Below, one piece after another: positions 40,008 through 54,640 of a stretch of DNA of 64,000 nt; position 1 is the stretch's first letter, and the number at the start of each line of letters is the position of its first letter. The notes under the pieces are model-generated. The model saw only the letters and a list, made by a program, of their open reading frames with translations. It was not told the DNA's origin and did no database searches. The stretch is from Octopus sinensis (lineage: Eukaryota): assembly GCF_006345805.1 (NCBI RefSeq), contig NC_043009.1, positions 38,068,001-38,132,000 on the forward strand, in the 5' to 3' direction. Made by a program: the position numbers and the translations under genes.

Positions 40008-40400
40008 AAGGCAGTTAGCTGGCAGAATCGTTAGCACGCCGGGTAAAATGCTTAACGGCATTTCATCCGTCATTACGTCCGAGTTCAGATTCCGCCGAGG
40101 TCGATCATGCTTTTCATCCTTTCGAGGTCGATAAATTAAGTACCAGTGAAATACTGGAGTCGATGCAATCGACTAGTCCCCTTCCCGCAAATCTCAGGCC
40201 TTGTGCCTATATATTAGAAAGAATTAAGGCATCAAGCTTGCAGAATCGGTAGACCGTCGAAAATGCAACATATGTTTCGACTCTTTACATTCTGAGTTCA
40301 AATACCACCGAGATCAATTTTGTTTTCTCGATAAGTCAAGTACTGGGGTCAGTGTTATCGACTAACTTCCCCCTATTAAAATTTCAGGTTTTGTACTTAC
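40008..40400 (+). mobile_element. Two tandem SINE family B copies after an (ATT)n tract
   Basis: Heads at ~40008 and ~40226. Confidence 0.8.
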
Positions 40401-41082
40401 ATATATTAGAAACAGTTTATTAACATTACATTGAAATTTCAAATAAAAAGATCTTATTAGAAAGGTTTTCGTTTAGGTGAGATTTTCTCCGGATTACCTA
40501 ACAACAGAAAAGAGATTTTTGTTCAGGTTTTACTAATAAAAGTTTTGTAGATTATTAAAGGTTCACCCTGCAACTCGTGGTAGAAAGTAAAGGTTTGACT
40601 ATAACTTTGCTTACAACTGCGTATGTATATATATTTTGGAAAATTGCCATTTGCATCGTTGTTTGCATTTCAGAACGGCCACCTCCACAGGGAGTGGGTA
40701 ATTAGTCACTGTGATGATAGCAACTCCAGTTGCGGAAAAGACTTAAAACCAAATTAAAAGAAAACAAAACAAAACAAGAAAAACGAAACAAAAAAAACCC
40801 CACTAGTACAAACATTTCAGTTACACTTCGAAAAACACAACAAACAATAAGTGTTGAAAATATGAATTCAAATGATAAAATAGAATAAACATTTCTGACA
40901 TTTTCATCATCTTCACCAACAAAAACAACGATAATTTATCTTTGCATAATATCCAGAGCGGGGGAAAACGATCAGAACCGTCTGTGATCCTGAGCCTACC
41001 CATGCGACGGGTTCTCGTTTCTTTTGCATTTGCCCGTTTCCTGAAATCTTTACCTGTCTTCCATGTTGTATTACGTTTTCTC

Positions 41083-41501
41083 GGATCTTTTCGGTTTGAA
41101 CGGCAGTTTTTAACATAATTTCTAGGTAACTAAACACTTTTAAACTTCGTATACTGGTAGAATGTGTTTATAAAACATCATTTTCTTTTGGCTTTATTGA
41201 GAAAATTCTATAGTTTGTAAGATATTTGTTGTTGTTTTTTTCAATTTCAACCAATCAGTGACGTCTATTGAGGTAAAAAAAAACATTCTGTGCCGTATGA
41301 ATATGTCCCTCGTTTAAGAAACAGATTGGGTTTATTTACATTTGTGAAGAAAAAAAGATATCCTTCCTCCCACCCCTAACCTAACTAACCCTAACCCTAA
41401 AACAGATTGAAATGCAATAGATCGATACTAGGGTCATAATTATGGGTGACAATTTCATATGACACCGCTAGAAAAAACTGCCGGTCAAACCGAAAAGATC
41501 C
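41083..41501. mobile_element. Intact MITE with 29-bp TIRs and 8-bp TSD (Merlin-like by GG..CC termini); internal telomere-like TAACCC motifs
   Basis: TIRs GGATCTTTTCGGTTTGA(A/C)CGGCAGTTTTT (1 mismatch); TSD GTTTTCTC at 41075-41082 and 41502-41509; CCCTAACCTAACTAACCCTAACCCTAA near 41375-41400. Confidence 0.8.
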
Positions 41502-44071
41502 GTTTTCTCCAGTTCGTTCGCAATTGTGTATTCGAGTGCGTATACATACGCAAAGGCCTTCGCGTGCGCACACACACACTGATGTATATCCTACCGAGGT
41601 CTCAACTTTGTCATTCTTTCCTCCAAGGTTGATAAAATAAAGTATCAATTAAATGCTGGGATCGATTCAATCGACAAAATTTCTCTCCAGAAAATTTCAA
41701 GGCCCTGAGCTGATGTTAGAAGCAATTATTATTAATTGTGAAGATCATTCTGCCATCTTTCTTTGGCCGGGAAAAGCATGCAGTTTTCCTCTGTCTGATA
41801 GCTATGGAAGTTCTGTGGTGGACGCGACTGAAAAGGACCGAAGACTGACACTTTCTGTTTCGGCCAAAACCCCATCGACTTTTTCAAATTCTACTTGGAA
41901 AGGAAATGAGGGTGTAGAAGGAGGGCTGCTCCCTTCCCACTTGTAAAAATGTGGGCGAATGTAGCAAGACTCGAGTGAATGGATCTACTCCAGGTATGTG
42001 CCTGGAGGATAAAAAGTATGGAAGTGAGGGGGGCATTAGGCATGATACTCCCCGTGAGCAAGATGATTAGTACCTGTGGAGTTCCTGGGTCGCGTTTCTC
42101 CTCTAATAGGGAATTTGATACAATTCTCTTCTTAACTGTTACTGCTTTTTGTCGACACGTTTATGCAAATTCCCATTGTCCTCTGTCTTTGAATTGATCG
42201 GAATGTTTTTTGCAGCCCTCCAGGTAAATAAATTATTATTATCATTATTATTATTATTATCAGCATCATCATCATCATCATCAAATCTTGACAGTTGTGA
42301 TCTCAAGTCTTCTCTGTTCTATAATCCAGTCCGTTTGAATTATGACATCTCATATTTTTACCAGTTTTTGTTTAGCAGAAACGCTTCCATTTCATACTGC
42401 TACCACTTTTGCAGAAGTTAAAAATCCTATGGAATTTAGAAAACACTTTGTCATGTCATGTCAAGGGTTTTAAGTTATCCCGGTTGGGATTTATTTATTT
42501 TATAAGAGCCTGGCCGGCCAACTGGGTGCTATTTTCTGTCTTTCTCGAGAAAAACCAACATTTGTCATAAGCTCCGCTAATAGCAAATATGTTTCTTCTC
42601 AAAGATTATATTGAGCGCTTGATTCCGAGCAATAATAAGAAAACGGTTTATCTGTCTTCATATCTCTTTTGCACAGCCATTTTCAGACGCCCATCTTAAC
42701 CCTTTATGCCCTTCTCAAACTGTAGTACGTTTTCTTTTTATCTATAATTATTTTCTATTTAATCCCGATTTATACTATATGCATTCATGCCATAATGATT
42801 TATGCTCCTAAGATATAAAGCTAAGCCGTTCCAATTTCAGATACACACACATATATATACATACACACACCATTCAAGATTCACGTTAGAAGTATACTCT
42901 TATACTCTCTTCTCAAGTATCACGGCTATTTGAAGACTTACCACATAGGAACTCAGTGGGTGATGATAGTTAATCATATTATTAGTTAGCTTATCACCAT
43001 TGGTCCAGCGATTAACTGGATTATCAAAAGTCGCCGGACATTTATACGGTAGAATCGTTAGATCGTGGGCAAAATTACCTTGAGGTATTTAGTTAGGGTT
43101 TTTTTACATTCTAAGTTCAAAACCCATCGAGGTCAATTTTTTGCCTTACATAGGTCGATAAAGTAAGTACCAGTCATGTACTGGAGAGAAGCGGTATAAT
43201 CCACTGTTACATTCCTCCCAAGTTTCTGCCGTTACATCTATCTATATAAGAAAGCATTATTGTTTTTAAAGAGCGGTGGATGATAGAACTGGTAAATTGC
43301 CGGTATGTGTTCAAATTCTGCCCAGGTAAATTTTGCTTTTCATCACTCTTAGTCAACCAAATAAGTACCAGTCATATACTGAGGTTGATCAAATAAAATT
43401 TACAATACCATGACCACCACCACCACTATTTCGTGATCTTCCCTTTAAGACAAAATGCCTTATTTGTATTATTTTTTTTTACGTTCTGAGTTCTCACCAA
43501 CATCAACTTTGCCCGTCAGTCTTCATTATTTCTGTAGCAATAATTATAATAACATAATTAACCTCTCTCGTGAATTTCTGCTTTTGACCAACTCGAAGCG
43601 ATCTAAATCGTTTTGGAAGCAGCTGAAAAGAATGGCCGAGGTTGATAATATAATCGGCGATTCCCTTTCTCCGTGGCAGAAGAAAACCCTCAATGGAGGG
43701 AACGATGTATACCAGTCTAGATCTGGAAATCTTCTAACCAAACGCACGCACACACACTTATGTTATTGCAAATCCGAAAAAGCCGAAATAAATCTGGCAT
43801 TCTCGCTAGCCGCTGCCCGGGCGATTTTTCCCCTCCGTCCAATGCATATTGCGTTTTTAACACAGCATGTCTCTAAGAGATACTTATCTCTGGACGAATA
43901 CCGCAGCAATTTGTTGACGATGTAAATACATTGAGTGTGGTATCGAGGATATTTTAATTTAATGCTGCTTCGAGTACACCGGATATACGTGATATTTACG
44001 AGTGGACGAACAAAAATAAAGTAGCACACAATACACTTGGTAGGGGTAACATGTATTATTTAATAATAGCT

Positions 44072-44285
44072 TAAGGCGGCGAGTAAGCAGAACCTTTAGC
44101 ACACCGGGCAAAATGCTTAGCAGCCCTTCGTCTGTCTTTACGTTGAGTTCAAATTCCGCCTAGGCCGACTTTGCCTTCCATCCCTTCAGGGTGGATAAAA
44201 TAAGTACCAGTCAAGTAATGGGGTCAATGTAATCGAATTCCCTCTCTCCACCCGCCAGAACTGCTGGCTTTGTACCAAAATTTGA
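44072..44285 (+). mobile_element. SINE family B
   Basis: AAGGCGGCGAG head, central domain, tail. Confidence 0.8.
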
Positions 44286-44540
44286 AAGCATTATTTAATA
44301 AGTTTGACTCAACTAGTTGCGTTTGTTCTACAACCCTACGAAACTTTAAGTTGAATAGAGTCGAGTTAAAATTAAATAATATATGATATTTATATATAGT
44401 ACATATATGTACTACAAAGTCTGCTTTTGTATGTATGTATGTATAAACGTACGCACACATAAAAGATTGCTGTGACCAAATATTTAGATGCGAGCATGAA
44501 ATAGCTAACAAGTACCGTGTGTATAAATGTTACAACCTTT

Positions 44541-44596
<56 letters not shown>

Positions 44597-44598
<2 letters not shown>

Positions 44599-44966
44599 AC
44601 ATAGCAGACATACAAACATATCCAATTTAACTGTCGTCGTAGATTGAAAAATAATGACGAACATCCACAACCGATTTTCAATCCTTATTGGGGTCTCATC
44701 AGGTGTCTACATCACTTGACCAATCTCAGAACAACGACTGCATTAATATACACCAACTCTAGTGTCTCTAGAGAACTGGGGCTACTAATTTACTTACTAT
44801 AAGCTTTTAGCACTTCATTTAACATCCGAGGCCTGTCGATGGGGAGCCAATTTCACACAGTAATCATAGTGTGATATAATAAAATGTAAGTCTACATAGC
44901 AGACATAGAAACAAGTCAGATTTACCTGTTGCTCCGTAGACAGAAGACATTATGAACAGCCTACAC
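44597..44966 (-). mobile_element. Retrozyme-like ~1.25-mer: ~298-nt unit with hammerhead (44666-44705) and a diverged direct repeat of its first ~75 nt
   Basis: 44597-44668 and 44892-44966 are diverged direct repeats; CAC CUGAUGA GACC...GGAUU GAAAAUCG GUU GUG lies at the repeat junction. Confidence 0.6.
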
Positions 44967-45264
44967 ATGTGCGCGATCATAGGAAAATATGTATAACTAT
45001 TTCTAATAACAAACATAAATATCTACGTACATCTGTACGTAGAGTGTCTGTGTACACACACACACACACTCTAATGAGCGCGCGCGTACAAACACGCACC
45101 TACATAGACGTGGCAAAGCTATGTGCCGAGGAAAATTCACTTAGCAGCGACATAATGCTGAGTTTAGTCCCAATTTACAACAAAGTTGGCAAAGCTTTTT
45201 CATCATAGCTTCGTGTGGCCAAAGTTGTTTGGTGCGGCATTTGGCTGGTTGTAACTCTCTGGAG

Positions 45265-45480
45265 CAGTGGTTTTCAACCAGGTTTCCGCCAGTACAGTCC
45301 AGGGGTTCCGCAAGAAGTGACAAAACTTCTAAAAATCAGCAGTAATTTTTAATTCTCCTGTGCAGATATGTGTGCAGATATGTGTGCATAAGACTATTAA
45401 ATTATTGCACAGGGGTTCCTCGAGCCAGTGGAATGTTTCCTTGGGGTTCCGCTCCAGCAAAAAGTTTGAAAAGCACTTTA
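45265..45480. mobile_element. hAT/Charlie-type MITE
   Basis: CAGTGGTTTTCAACC...AGTTTGAAAAGCACTTTA termini; 8-bp TSD CTCTGGAG on both sides. Confidence 0.8.
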
Positions 45481-46000
45481 CTCTGGAGGCTCACCAGGTG
45501 GCCATTACCTACATACCCTTGGGTGGTAAGCTTAATCCGTGCTGCAGTTTAACACCTGGAACTTGGAAATCTTCGGAATCAACTCTGATGCCATCACTGA
45601 AGTCAGGAACCCCGGCCTGTGTATAGTTTCCTTTTTTTTTCCTTTCACAACTGATAAGCGGTCTTTTCCGCACTGACAAGATTCCTAACCATCCCCGCCC
45701 AAATGGTCCCATATACATACACACACATATTCACACGTATGTATATAGGCGCAATATATTTATGATATAGATATAATAAAATTTGGGAGAAAATGGGGAG
45801 GACGGGTGGAAGTCTTTCCTACATATCTAATAATATTTCTGTATAACGTACGTATATATATATATATATTATAATAATAATAATCATTATCATCATCATT
45901 TAGCAGAAGCAACAGAGTGACTCAAGATCCGAGAGTTACGTGCATTGGCACTTAAATACATATAGTCATATTTTGAGTTCTATTTTTCTTGTTTGCATCA

Positions 46001-46042
<42 letters not shown>

Positions 46043-47380
46043 TGTCATTGTTTGCGTCTGCCGTCAAAGCATGTCCCGCAACTCGGGCAGTTTGGTTCAT
46101 TGCTTGAAAGAGCAGAACATGGGGACTGAAAAAAACTTATGGCCGTAGAGAAAGCGTCTCTTTAAAACCCGTCTGAAGCCCCACCTACCTCACATATTTA
46201 TGCTCTCAAGTACATTCAATTCATAAACACACACAAATGTAGAAATATATTCATACGTACATATACCTGTATGTGTGCGTATGCACGTTTTTAAAATACA
46301 CACATATAAAATATATATTATGACATAAATATATATTATGACATAAATATATATTATATACAAATGAAATACATATGAAATATTTCAAACTTAAAAGATA
46401 TGGAAAAATTTATATAAAATACACACAGACACGTACATCTAAAGATTACATGTTACATATATATAAAACATAATATAGACATATAAATGTATATATCTCA
46501 TATATGTAATGTAAACTATCTATGAATAATACAAAGGTTGAAGAAAGTTTATCGAGTCAGATTTTCTATGGCCAAATGCGCTTCCTGACGCTAAACCTCA
46601 CCTGTTCCCAAACAAGGTAATATTTCCCCCATGGTCAGACATATTTTAGCATAATATTGGAAATGAATGATACTGCTTGTATGACAATCAGTTACAAAAG
46701 ACACAAACATATATACTTTATATATATATATATTACACACACGACGGCTCTGAGTTTCTTTCTACCAAATTCACTCACAATGCTTTGGTTGACCTGGGCT
46801 ATTGCAGAAAGCACCACTCCGAGGTGCCAGGCAGTGGAAATGAATCCGAAATTATGCGGCTGGTAAGTAAACCTCTTAATCACTCATACGTAAGTGTGTA
46901 TACATACATATATAGATGCCACTTCAACGTGCAGGCTAACCCTAACCAGACCATTTCATAGCGCCGGATTCTGCAGTAAACCGCACGCCAAAGCAGCATT
47001 TCTATATACATACATGTATATACACACATACACTCACACATATAGGAACGTGTGTGTGTGTGTGTGCGTGCATTTTATCATATATGTATATTCATGTTCA
47101 TGTATAAAGTAATTTCCTCTGTAATTAATTTTAAAAGGAAATAATTAGGAACCATACATATATAATGAGAGCCGAAGTTCCGTTAAAGACAAGATTTTTG
47201 CTGAGCAAGCTTTACCACTACAGCCATATAAACATTGTTTTCAGTTTGTCATTCGACATTTTCAAGGCCTGCTACAGCGTGTTGTTAAAACTACACTACG
47301 TTTAGGTTGACAATTCCATTTAAGAATATATTCTTATGTAACAAAACTGTAACAATATATAAGAAAAAACGTTTAACGGC

Positions 47381-47540
47381 ACACCTATTGTACACTATCA
47401 CAGAATATGGCATTGGAGCCGGATCGAAGATAATTCTTACAAATTCCTACTTCTCCAAAAGAGAGAGAAGCATTTCATAAAGGAATCCTTGAATTTAGTT
47501 AAGCACCTCAAGAGAAGGAGAGACCGAAACTTTAAAATGC
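47381..47540 (+). mobile_element. Possible Penelope-like element remnant (GIY-YIG C-terminus followed by decayed hammerhead motif)
   Basis: Frame ...LLQKREKHFIKESLNL resembles the RE...FI....LN end of PLE endonucleases, followed by CCTCAAGA..GG AGAGA CC GAAAC. Confidence 0.35.
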
Positions 47541-48229
47541 ATACAGACGGAAATTCTAAAGATTTGTCGAAAAACCTAACCTTGAAAATACCTTTCTGTT
47601 AGTAATCAATATTATCTAATTTCCTTACTAATTAAATATTAGCAATTAAAAGTCTTATGCAACAACAGAGTGGACGTCAACACTATTCTGTTAACACAAT
47701 ATATGTATTTTTTGTTACATCTTTCCGTCGTCGTTCGTATTAAAGAATAAAATTCGTGAGCAAATTTCCTATTGCCAGGGTTCAACGACAGGAAAATGTT
47801 GTAGAAATTCTAAAGCAGGCTGTTTATTTTAAGTTATTTTAATGTATTCCTTTCATTTATAAGCCATTACATATATAACATACATATATACATCGTACAT
47901 ACTTATCTACCTGGGAGCGGATTAATTTTATTGTTTTTTATCTTCGTTTTGCCGGTAGCCATGTTGGACGATGCTTCTTTCCAACAGAACAGCTGTTCTG
48001 CTAAGACATCTTCACTATTTTTGCAAAGACGACTAATCAATAACAATAGTATGTGTGAGGTGGAGAGAAACGGATATCTAAAAGACTGGCAAGAACTTTT
48101 TCTAAACATGGTTTTAGAGTTGGGTTTTAAAGATTCTATATCAGATGAGTTTTTTTTCGGGATAAATTCAAACTTTTTTGTTTTTCTTTTTCACTTGGGT
48201 ACCTATTGGAATAAACGATGGTTATATGG

Positions 48230-48978
48230 TTAAATAGTTCATTTTGCAACCATCCAATTTCGGGTTCAATCCCACAAACGGAACCCTGGGTCTTCTGCTA
48301 CAGCACCAGACCGATCTATGCCTTGTGACTGAATTTAGTGGATGGAAAAGGTTTAGAATGTGTGTTTCCTCGCACTCGTGCGTTTGTTTCTTACTGCTTG
48401 GTAACCGTTGAGTTACATTCTCATAATCTAACGGTTTGGTAAAACGGTAACTGTTAAAATATGTACCAAACTTTAAAATAAGTACTAGGGTTGATTTGGT
48501 ACAAGTGATTCTCAACCATTTTTTTTTTTTTTGCATATGAACCCCGTTTGCCTTATGAATCCCTATTTTACTCGGGTGGACACTCAACTTTCCGACGTTT
48601 TTGAATTTACTTTTAAAAAACCTTATTGTATCTTTTATCTCGTTTCAGTCGTTTGACTGTGGCCATGCTGGGGCACCGCCTGGTTTTAGTCGAACGAATC
48701 GAAATTAGGACTTATTTCTTAAAGCCTAGCATTTATTCTATCGGTTTCTTTTGCTGAACCGCTAAGTTACGGAGAAGTAAATACAACATCATCGGTTGTT
48801 AAGCGGTGGTGGGGGATGAACACTGACACATCTCCCCATATAAATATACACGGCAGGTTTCTTCCGTCCACCAAATCCACTCACAAGGCTTTGGACGATC
48901 CGAAGTTATAGTAGATGACACTTGCTAAAGGTACCACACAGTGGGACTGAACCCGGAATCATGTTGTTGAGAAGCACC
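48230..48978. mobile_element. Two SINE family A copies tail-to-tail (+ ~48230-48500, - ~48631-48978)
   Basis: Degenerate + copy and better-preserved - copy. Confidence 0.7.
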
Positions 48979-49097
48979 AGACTACGTACTTCGATTAAAC
49001 AAAGTAGTGCCCCTAATCTAGGGCATTCCAGTTGTGACTACCTCGTCTATTTAAGGTTTCTGTACTCTGCACTGTAAACATAATACAAGTTCGTTAA

Positions 49098-49305
49098 AAA
49101 GCGGCGAGCTGGCAGAAACGTTAGCACGCTGGGAGAAATGCTTAGCGATATTTCACCTGTCTTTATGTTCTGAGTTCAAATTCCGCTGAGGTTAATTTTA
49201 TCTTTCATTCTTTCGGAGTCGATAAATTAAGTACCAGCTACGTACTAGGGTCGATCTAATCGACTGGTCCCCTCCCCCAAAATTACGGACCTTGTGCCTA
49301 GAGTA
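49098..49305 (+). mobile_element. SINE family B
   Basis: GCGGCGAGCTGGCAGAAACGTTAGCACGC head, central domain. Confidence 0.82.
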
Positions 49306-50419
49306 GAAAAGGAGAGAAGAAGAAGAGAGAGAGAGAGAGAGTTTTGCAATCACGAGGTTGCAGCTTCGAGCTCATTATATTTGACAATTGGGCAAGTGTC
49401 ATTTTCTATTAATTTGGGGCCAATGCAATCATTGAAACTGGGTGGACGGAAAAATTGCGGAAACCGACAGGAAGGAGTATACCTATAATTCAAACGTCCG
49501 ACCTTGTTATATACTCTGTGCCACGCTGTGTCTATACACCTGAGAATTACGTTAAGGGTTCACACGCCTGTGGAATGCCCAGCTAATTATTCACATGTCC
49601 GTGGAATACAAGCTGATTGCTCAATGAACAGAAAGTTCAGTTGATCGAACAAACCTAATCCATATTTACTACACTATATATCCTATATATCCTTTCCTTA
49701 TTTAATACAGTAGCGTGTGATTTGAGGACGATTTGGCTGCTATTTTTAATAGGTAGAACGAGTGACCACATAAAGGCTCTCCCCATTAGTTTCCAAACCG
49801 TAAATATATAAATAAGAAGACACGAAATTGTATGATAGTTTTGTGCTTTTCTTTGACATAGCTATAGCCGGAATTGAAACCGGACTGTAAACTTGACATG
49901 CCGAGGAGTTAATAAATCAGCGAGCTGTGATATTTATTCGTTTGGTCCAGATAGTGCAGAGAAAAAAATGGCGATTTGGTCGAGTTTTTAAAGGCCCACT
50001 GAAACATGTGGAACCCCCCCCCCCGCCCCAGCATGGCCGCAGTCAAATGATTGAAAAGAGTAAAAGAATAAATACCAATTAACGTCTGTTTTGTACAATT
50101 ACAATTTGATGGTTACAATGTGTGTATGTGTTTGTGGGGAAAAACATGTGACTTAAATTTAGACTTAGATATGTCCTGGGTTAACCCGCTTTCCATGACG
50201 TATAAATTGGTGACTAAGATTATAACGCTTTCCCACCACCTCTGAAAGGGACGCCGGTCTGTCGCTAGGTTAACTTCCCAGTAATAGCTGGAACTCATTT
50301 ATAGCTAAGTGGACTAGAGCAACGTGAAATGAAAGTGTTTTGTTCAATAACAGCACACAGCAAGGTCAGGGAATCGAAACCTCGATCTTGCGATGATTAT
50401 ATGCAACGCTAAGGCTTAT

Positions 50420-50690
50420 GCATCTTCCACTTCATGTCACAGAGGAAATTCCTAATTCACAACGATTGAGGCAGAAGGGACTGGGAGCAGGGACTAGTAT
50501 ACGGCCTGGATACGGGGTGACATTTTATGTGCGAGGAGAGAAGGGTAAGTTGAGTGAGGTAGGAATGCGTGAATGGAGGTAGTGTGAAATAAGCCGGTCC
50601 AACGAAGCAGAGGCTATTGTAGAAGCGACAGAAAAGAAAGAGAGAAGACACAGTACATCAGCGAAAACAGAGTATTCAAACACGCAGTGG
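50420..50690 (-). mobile_element. Degraded CR1/L2-type LINE 3' fragment
   Basis: Minus translation VSSLFLFCRFYNSLC...LPP...HPVSRPYTSPCSQSLLPQSL resembles the LINE ASLSLFYRYY...SFFPRT..LWNSLP C-terminus. Confidence 0.5.
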
Positions 50691-50746
50691 TGTGTGTGTG
50701 TATGTGTATATAATTATATATATATATATTATATATATATATATAT

Positions 50747-50778
<32 letters not shown>

Positions 50779-50781
50779 CTA

Positions 50782-50821
<40 letters not shown>

Positions 50822-51487
50822 GTAGAGAGAGAGAGAGAGAGAGTATTCTTTTCACTAAGTGTAACGGGCTCGTTAGACGAGTAAAGTTACAGCGTTAGAC
50901 AGAACGCTATACGTCCAGTATTCTGAGTTCAAATCCAGCCGATATCAACCATACCTTTTCATCGAAGTCGATAAATGGAAAGTATCAGTCTAGCATTGTG
51001 TGCGATTCTTCAGCAGAAATTGACTATTTAGATGATTGTTGGGATCCATCAAGTTTACAAAAAAAAAAAAAAACCCCAAAAAAACCCCTAAAACTCGTTG
51101 TATGTATATCAAGATGGCGGTCCAGAAGTTATGCACCAAGAAAGTGAAGGCCCTCTATTTTATTCAATACAGAATGAAGTTGTGGCATTAATACTATTCT
51201 CAAGTACTAAACAGTGTAAATGATGTGAAACAATCTATCAAATAACTATAACAGATCTGTTGACGGCCTTGTCTTTTCTCGTCAGGATCGTAATTAATAT
51301 ACAACGGATTGCCTAAATATTTGCATTGTTTTGTAACAGTAAATATTTAAAGAGGTTATTAAAGTTATTAATTGAAATTGTTAATCAATTCGAAACGACT
51401 TTCATTCAATTTAAACACTTAAATATTTAAAAGAAAAACAGATGTCCTTTAAAGTTAGTAACGATTAATGAATGTGTATGAGGCATT

Positions 51488-51778
51488 GTTTGTTCCTTCT
51501 CGAGCCATGCCTGGCTCATAAGGGCCGGTTTCCTTGGCGTATAGGTTCCCCATCTGGACGGGACGCCGGTCCATCGCAGGTGAGCTGCAAGATGCAGGAG
51601 GAAAGAGTGAGAGAAAGTTGTGGCGAAAGAGTCAGCAGAAGTTCGCCATTACCTTCGGTCGGAGCTGCGTGGAGCTTAGGTGTTTCACTCATAAACACAC
51701 ACATCACCCGGTCTGAGATTCGAACTCGCGATCCCTCCACTGCGAATCCGCTGCTCTAACCACTAGGCCATGTGCCTC
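51488..51778 (-). mobile_element. tRNA-derived SINE family D, full length
   Basis: GAGGCACATGGCCTAGTGGTTAGAGCAGCGG...GTTCGAATCTC head; tail CATGGCTCGAGAAGGAACAAAC. Confidence 0.82.
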
Positions 51779-52954
51779 ATATTCGTTTGGTAATATGCTA
51801 TCTTAATGCCGTCAATTATTCTTCGAAGTTGGGTACACAAGGGGAAAAAGGGTACAGATTGGCAGGATTACATTTATGATAACGAACTGGGGTTTTGAGT
51901 TCAAACCCCATCGGAGTCAACTCGTAAAATGATATATAGAGAGTGCATGCGTGTTTGTATACATATACACATAACTCTTCATACATACATATAAATATAT
52001 ATATATATATATACAGACAGAGATATACGAATATTTGAACACATACAGACACGTTCATATACATACACGTTTTTATGTATAAACTTATATACCACATACA
52101 CGGAGAGAGAGCTATGCTACACCTATCAGAGTTATGGTTTCTTTAACGACCAAAAATAAAATAAAATATGTACGTTGGCAGCAAATTATTGTCATGGGTG
52201 GGACGCCTGAATAACACGATTAACGAATGCTTCACCCGGAGTTGTCCTACACACAGCATCACAGATTTTCTCTTCCCCAATAATTCCATCTACAACGAGA
52301 ATCATCAATCGACTGGAAACGGTTCGAATCAATCAATTTATCTACCTACATACCTGCATGTGTATACATGTATGTATGCATATCCATTCAATTATTCATC
52401 CATCAGCCAGTCCAACTATCTATCTATCTATCTATCTATCGATCGATCGAACAATCTCTCTCCCTCTCTCTCTTTCTCATGTGTGTGTGTGTCACTATCA
52501 AATGGTCGTAGGTTCAATCCCTGAACTGGACAACACACTTTACCCTTGAGTAAAGCACTATATTTCACGTTGCGCTTTAGTCTACTCAGTTGAAAACGAG
52601 TATCATAAGGGTGCTGGTGCAAACCTCTTTCTCTCCGTCGATGATGGAGGAAAAGAGGGCTTTCATATCCTTGGTGTTCTGCTGGATCAAGGATGGGAGG
52701 ACGGAGAGGGTGAACCATGTCAGTGAGTGTTCACTTAAGAACCGTAGACCAATTAACGAAAGCACGGCACGTACAAACAGGTTTTTACTCGCTTGCGAAT
52801 AATGCCGATGGAGACATGAACACACACACATAACTTTTCACTAGTTTCAAACAGCGGGCTAAATTTATGCCGGGGCAGAACATTCGAAGAGTTCGAGTCG
52901 AGCCGCTAGTGATGTAAACTAAGCAACACCGGTTGTCAAGCGATGGTCAAACAC

Positions 52955-54640
52955 ATACATATACATGCATATGCACACATACATATACACATACATACAC
53001 ATATATACATACATACACATACACACACATATATACATACACACATACACACACATATATACATACACACATATATATATATATACATACATACACACAC
53101 ATATATATATACACATATATACACACACACACATATATATACACATACATACACACACACACATATATATACACATACATACACACACATATATATGCAT
53201 ACATACATACACACACACATATATATATACATACATACACATATATATATACACGCACATATATATATATACACACACACATATATACACATATACATAC
53301 GCACATATATATATGCATATATATACACTATATGTATACACATATACATACATACACACACACATATATACACATACATATACATACGCACATATATATA
53401 TGCATATATATACACTATATGTACACACATATATATACACACACATACATATATATATACACACACATACATATATATATACACACACATACATATATAT
53501 ATATACACACACATACATATATATATACACAACATACTATATATATACACACACATACATATATATATACCACACATACTATATATATATACACACACAT
53601 ACATATATATATATACACACATACATATATATATACACACACATACATATATATATATACACACACATACATATATATATATATACACACATACATATAT
53701 ATATATACACACATACATATATATATATACACACATACATATATATATATACACACATACATATATATATACACACATACATATATATATACACATACAT
53801 AATATAATATACATACATATATATATATATACACACATACATATATATATACACATACATACATTACATACACTACATACACACATATATATATATCACA
53901 TACATATATATACACATACATATATATACCATAATATTATTACCCATACATACATCATATACATACCAGATATATATATATATATATATATATATCATAC
54001 ATACATCATATATATACATACACAGATATACATACATACATCATATATATACATACACAGATATATATATATATATATATAATATAAATACATACATCAT
54101 ATATATATAAATACATACATCATATATATACATACACACATCATATATATACATACACAGATAGATATATATACATACATCATATATATACATACATCGA
54201 TAGATATATATACATACATCATATATATACATACATCATATATATACATACATCATATATATACATACACATGTATATATTATATATATATACATACATA
54301 CATCATATATATACATACACATATATATATATATACATACACATGTATATATATACATACACATGTATATATATATATATATATATATACATACATACAT
54401 CATATATATACATACACATGTATATATATATATACATACACATGTATATATATATATATATATATACATACATACATCATATATATACATACACATGTAT
54501 ATATATATACATACATACATCATATATATACATACACATGTATATATATCTATATATATACATACATCATATATATACATACACATGTATATATATATAT
54601 ATATTATACATACATCATATATATACATACACATGTATAT
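52955..54640. repeat. Compound TA/CA micro/minisatellite
   Basis: CACACATACATATATATATA- and CATACATCATATATATA-type units. Confidence 0.92.

Noticed and set aside
50950-51020. Hammerhead-like CUGAAGA...CGAU GAAA on minus (and a similar partial at ~41850-41885)
   Set aside because: The first lies within a degraded SINE with an implausibly long helix II and weak helix I; the second lacks the CUGA core.
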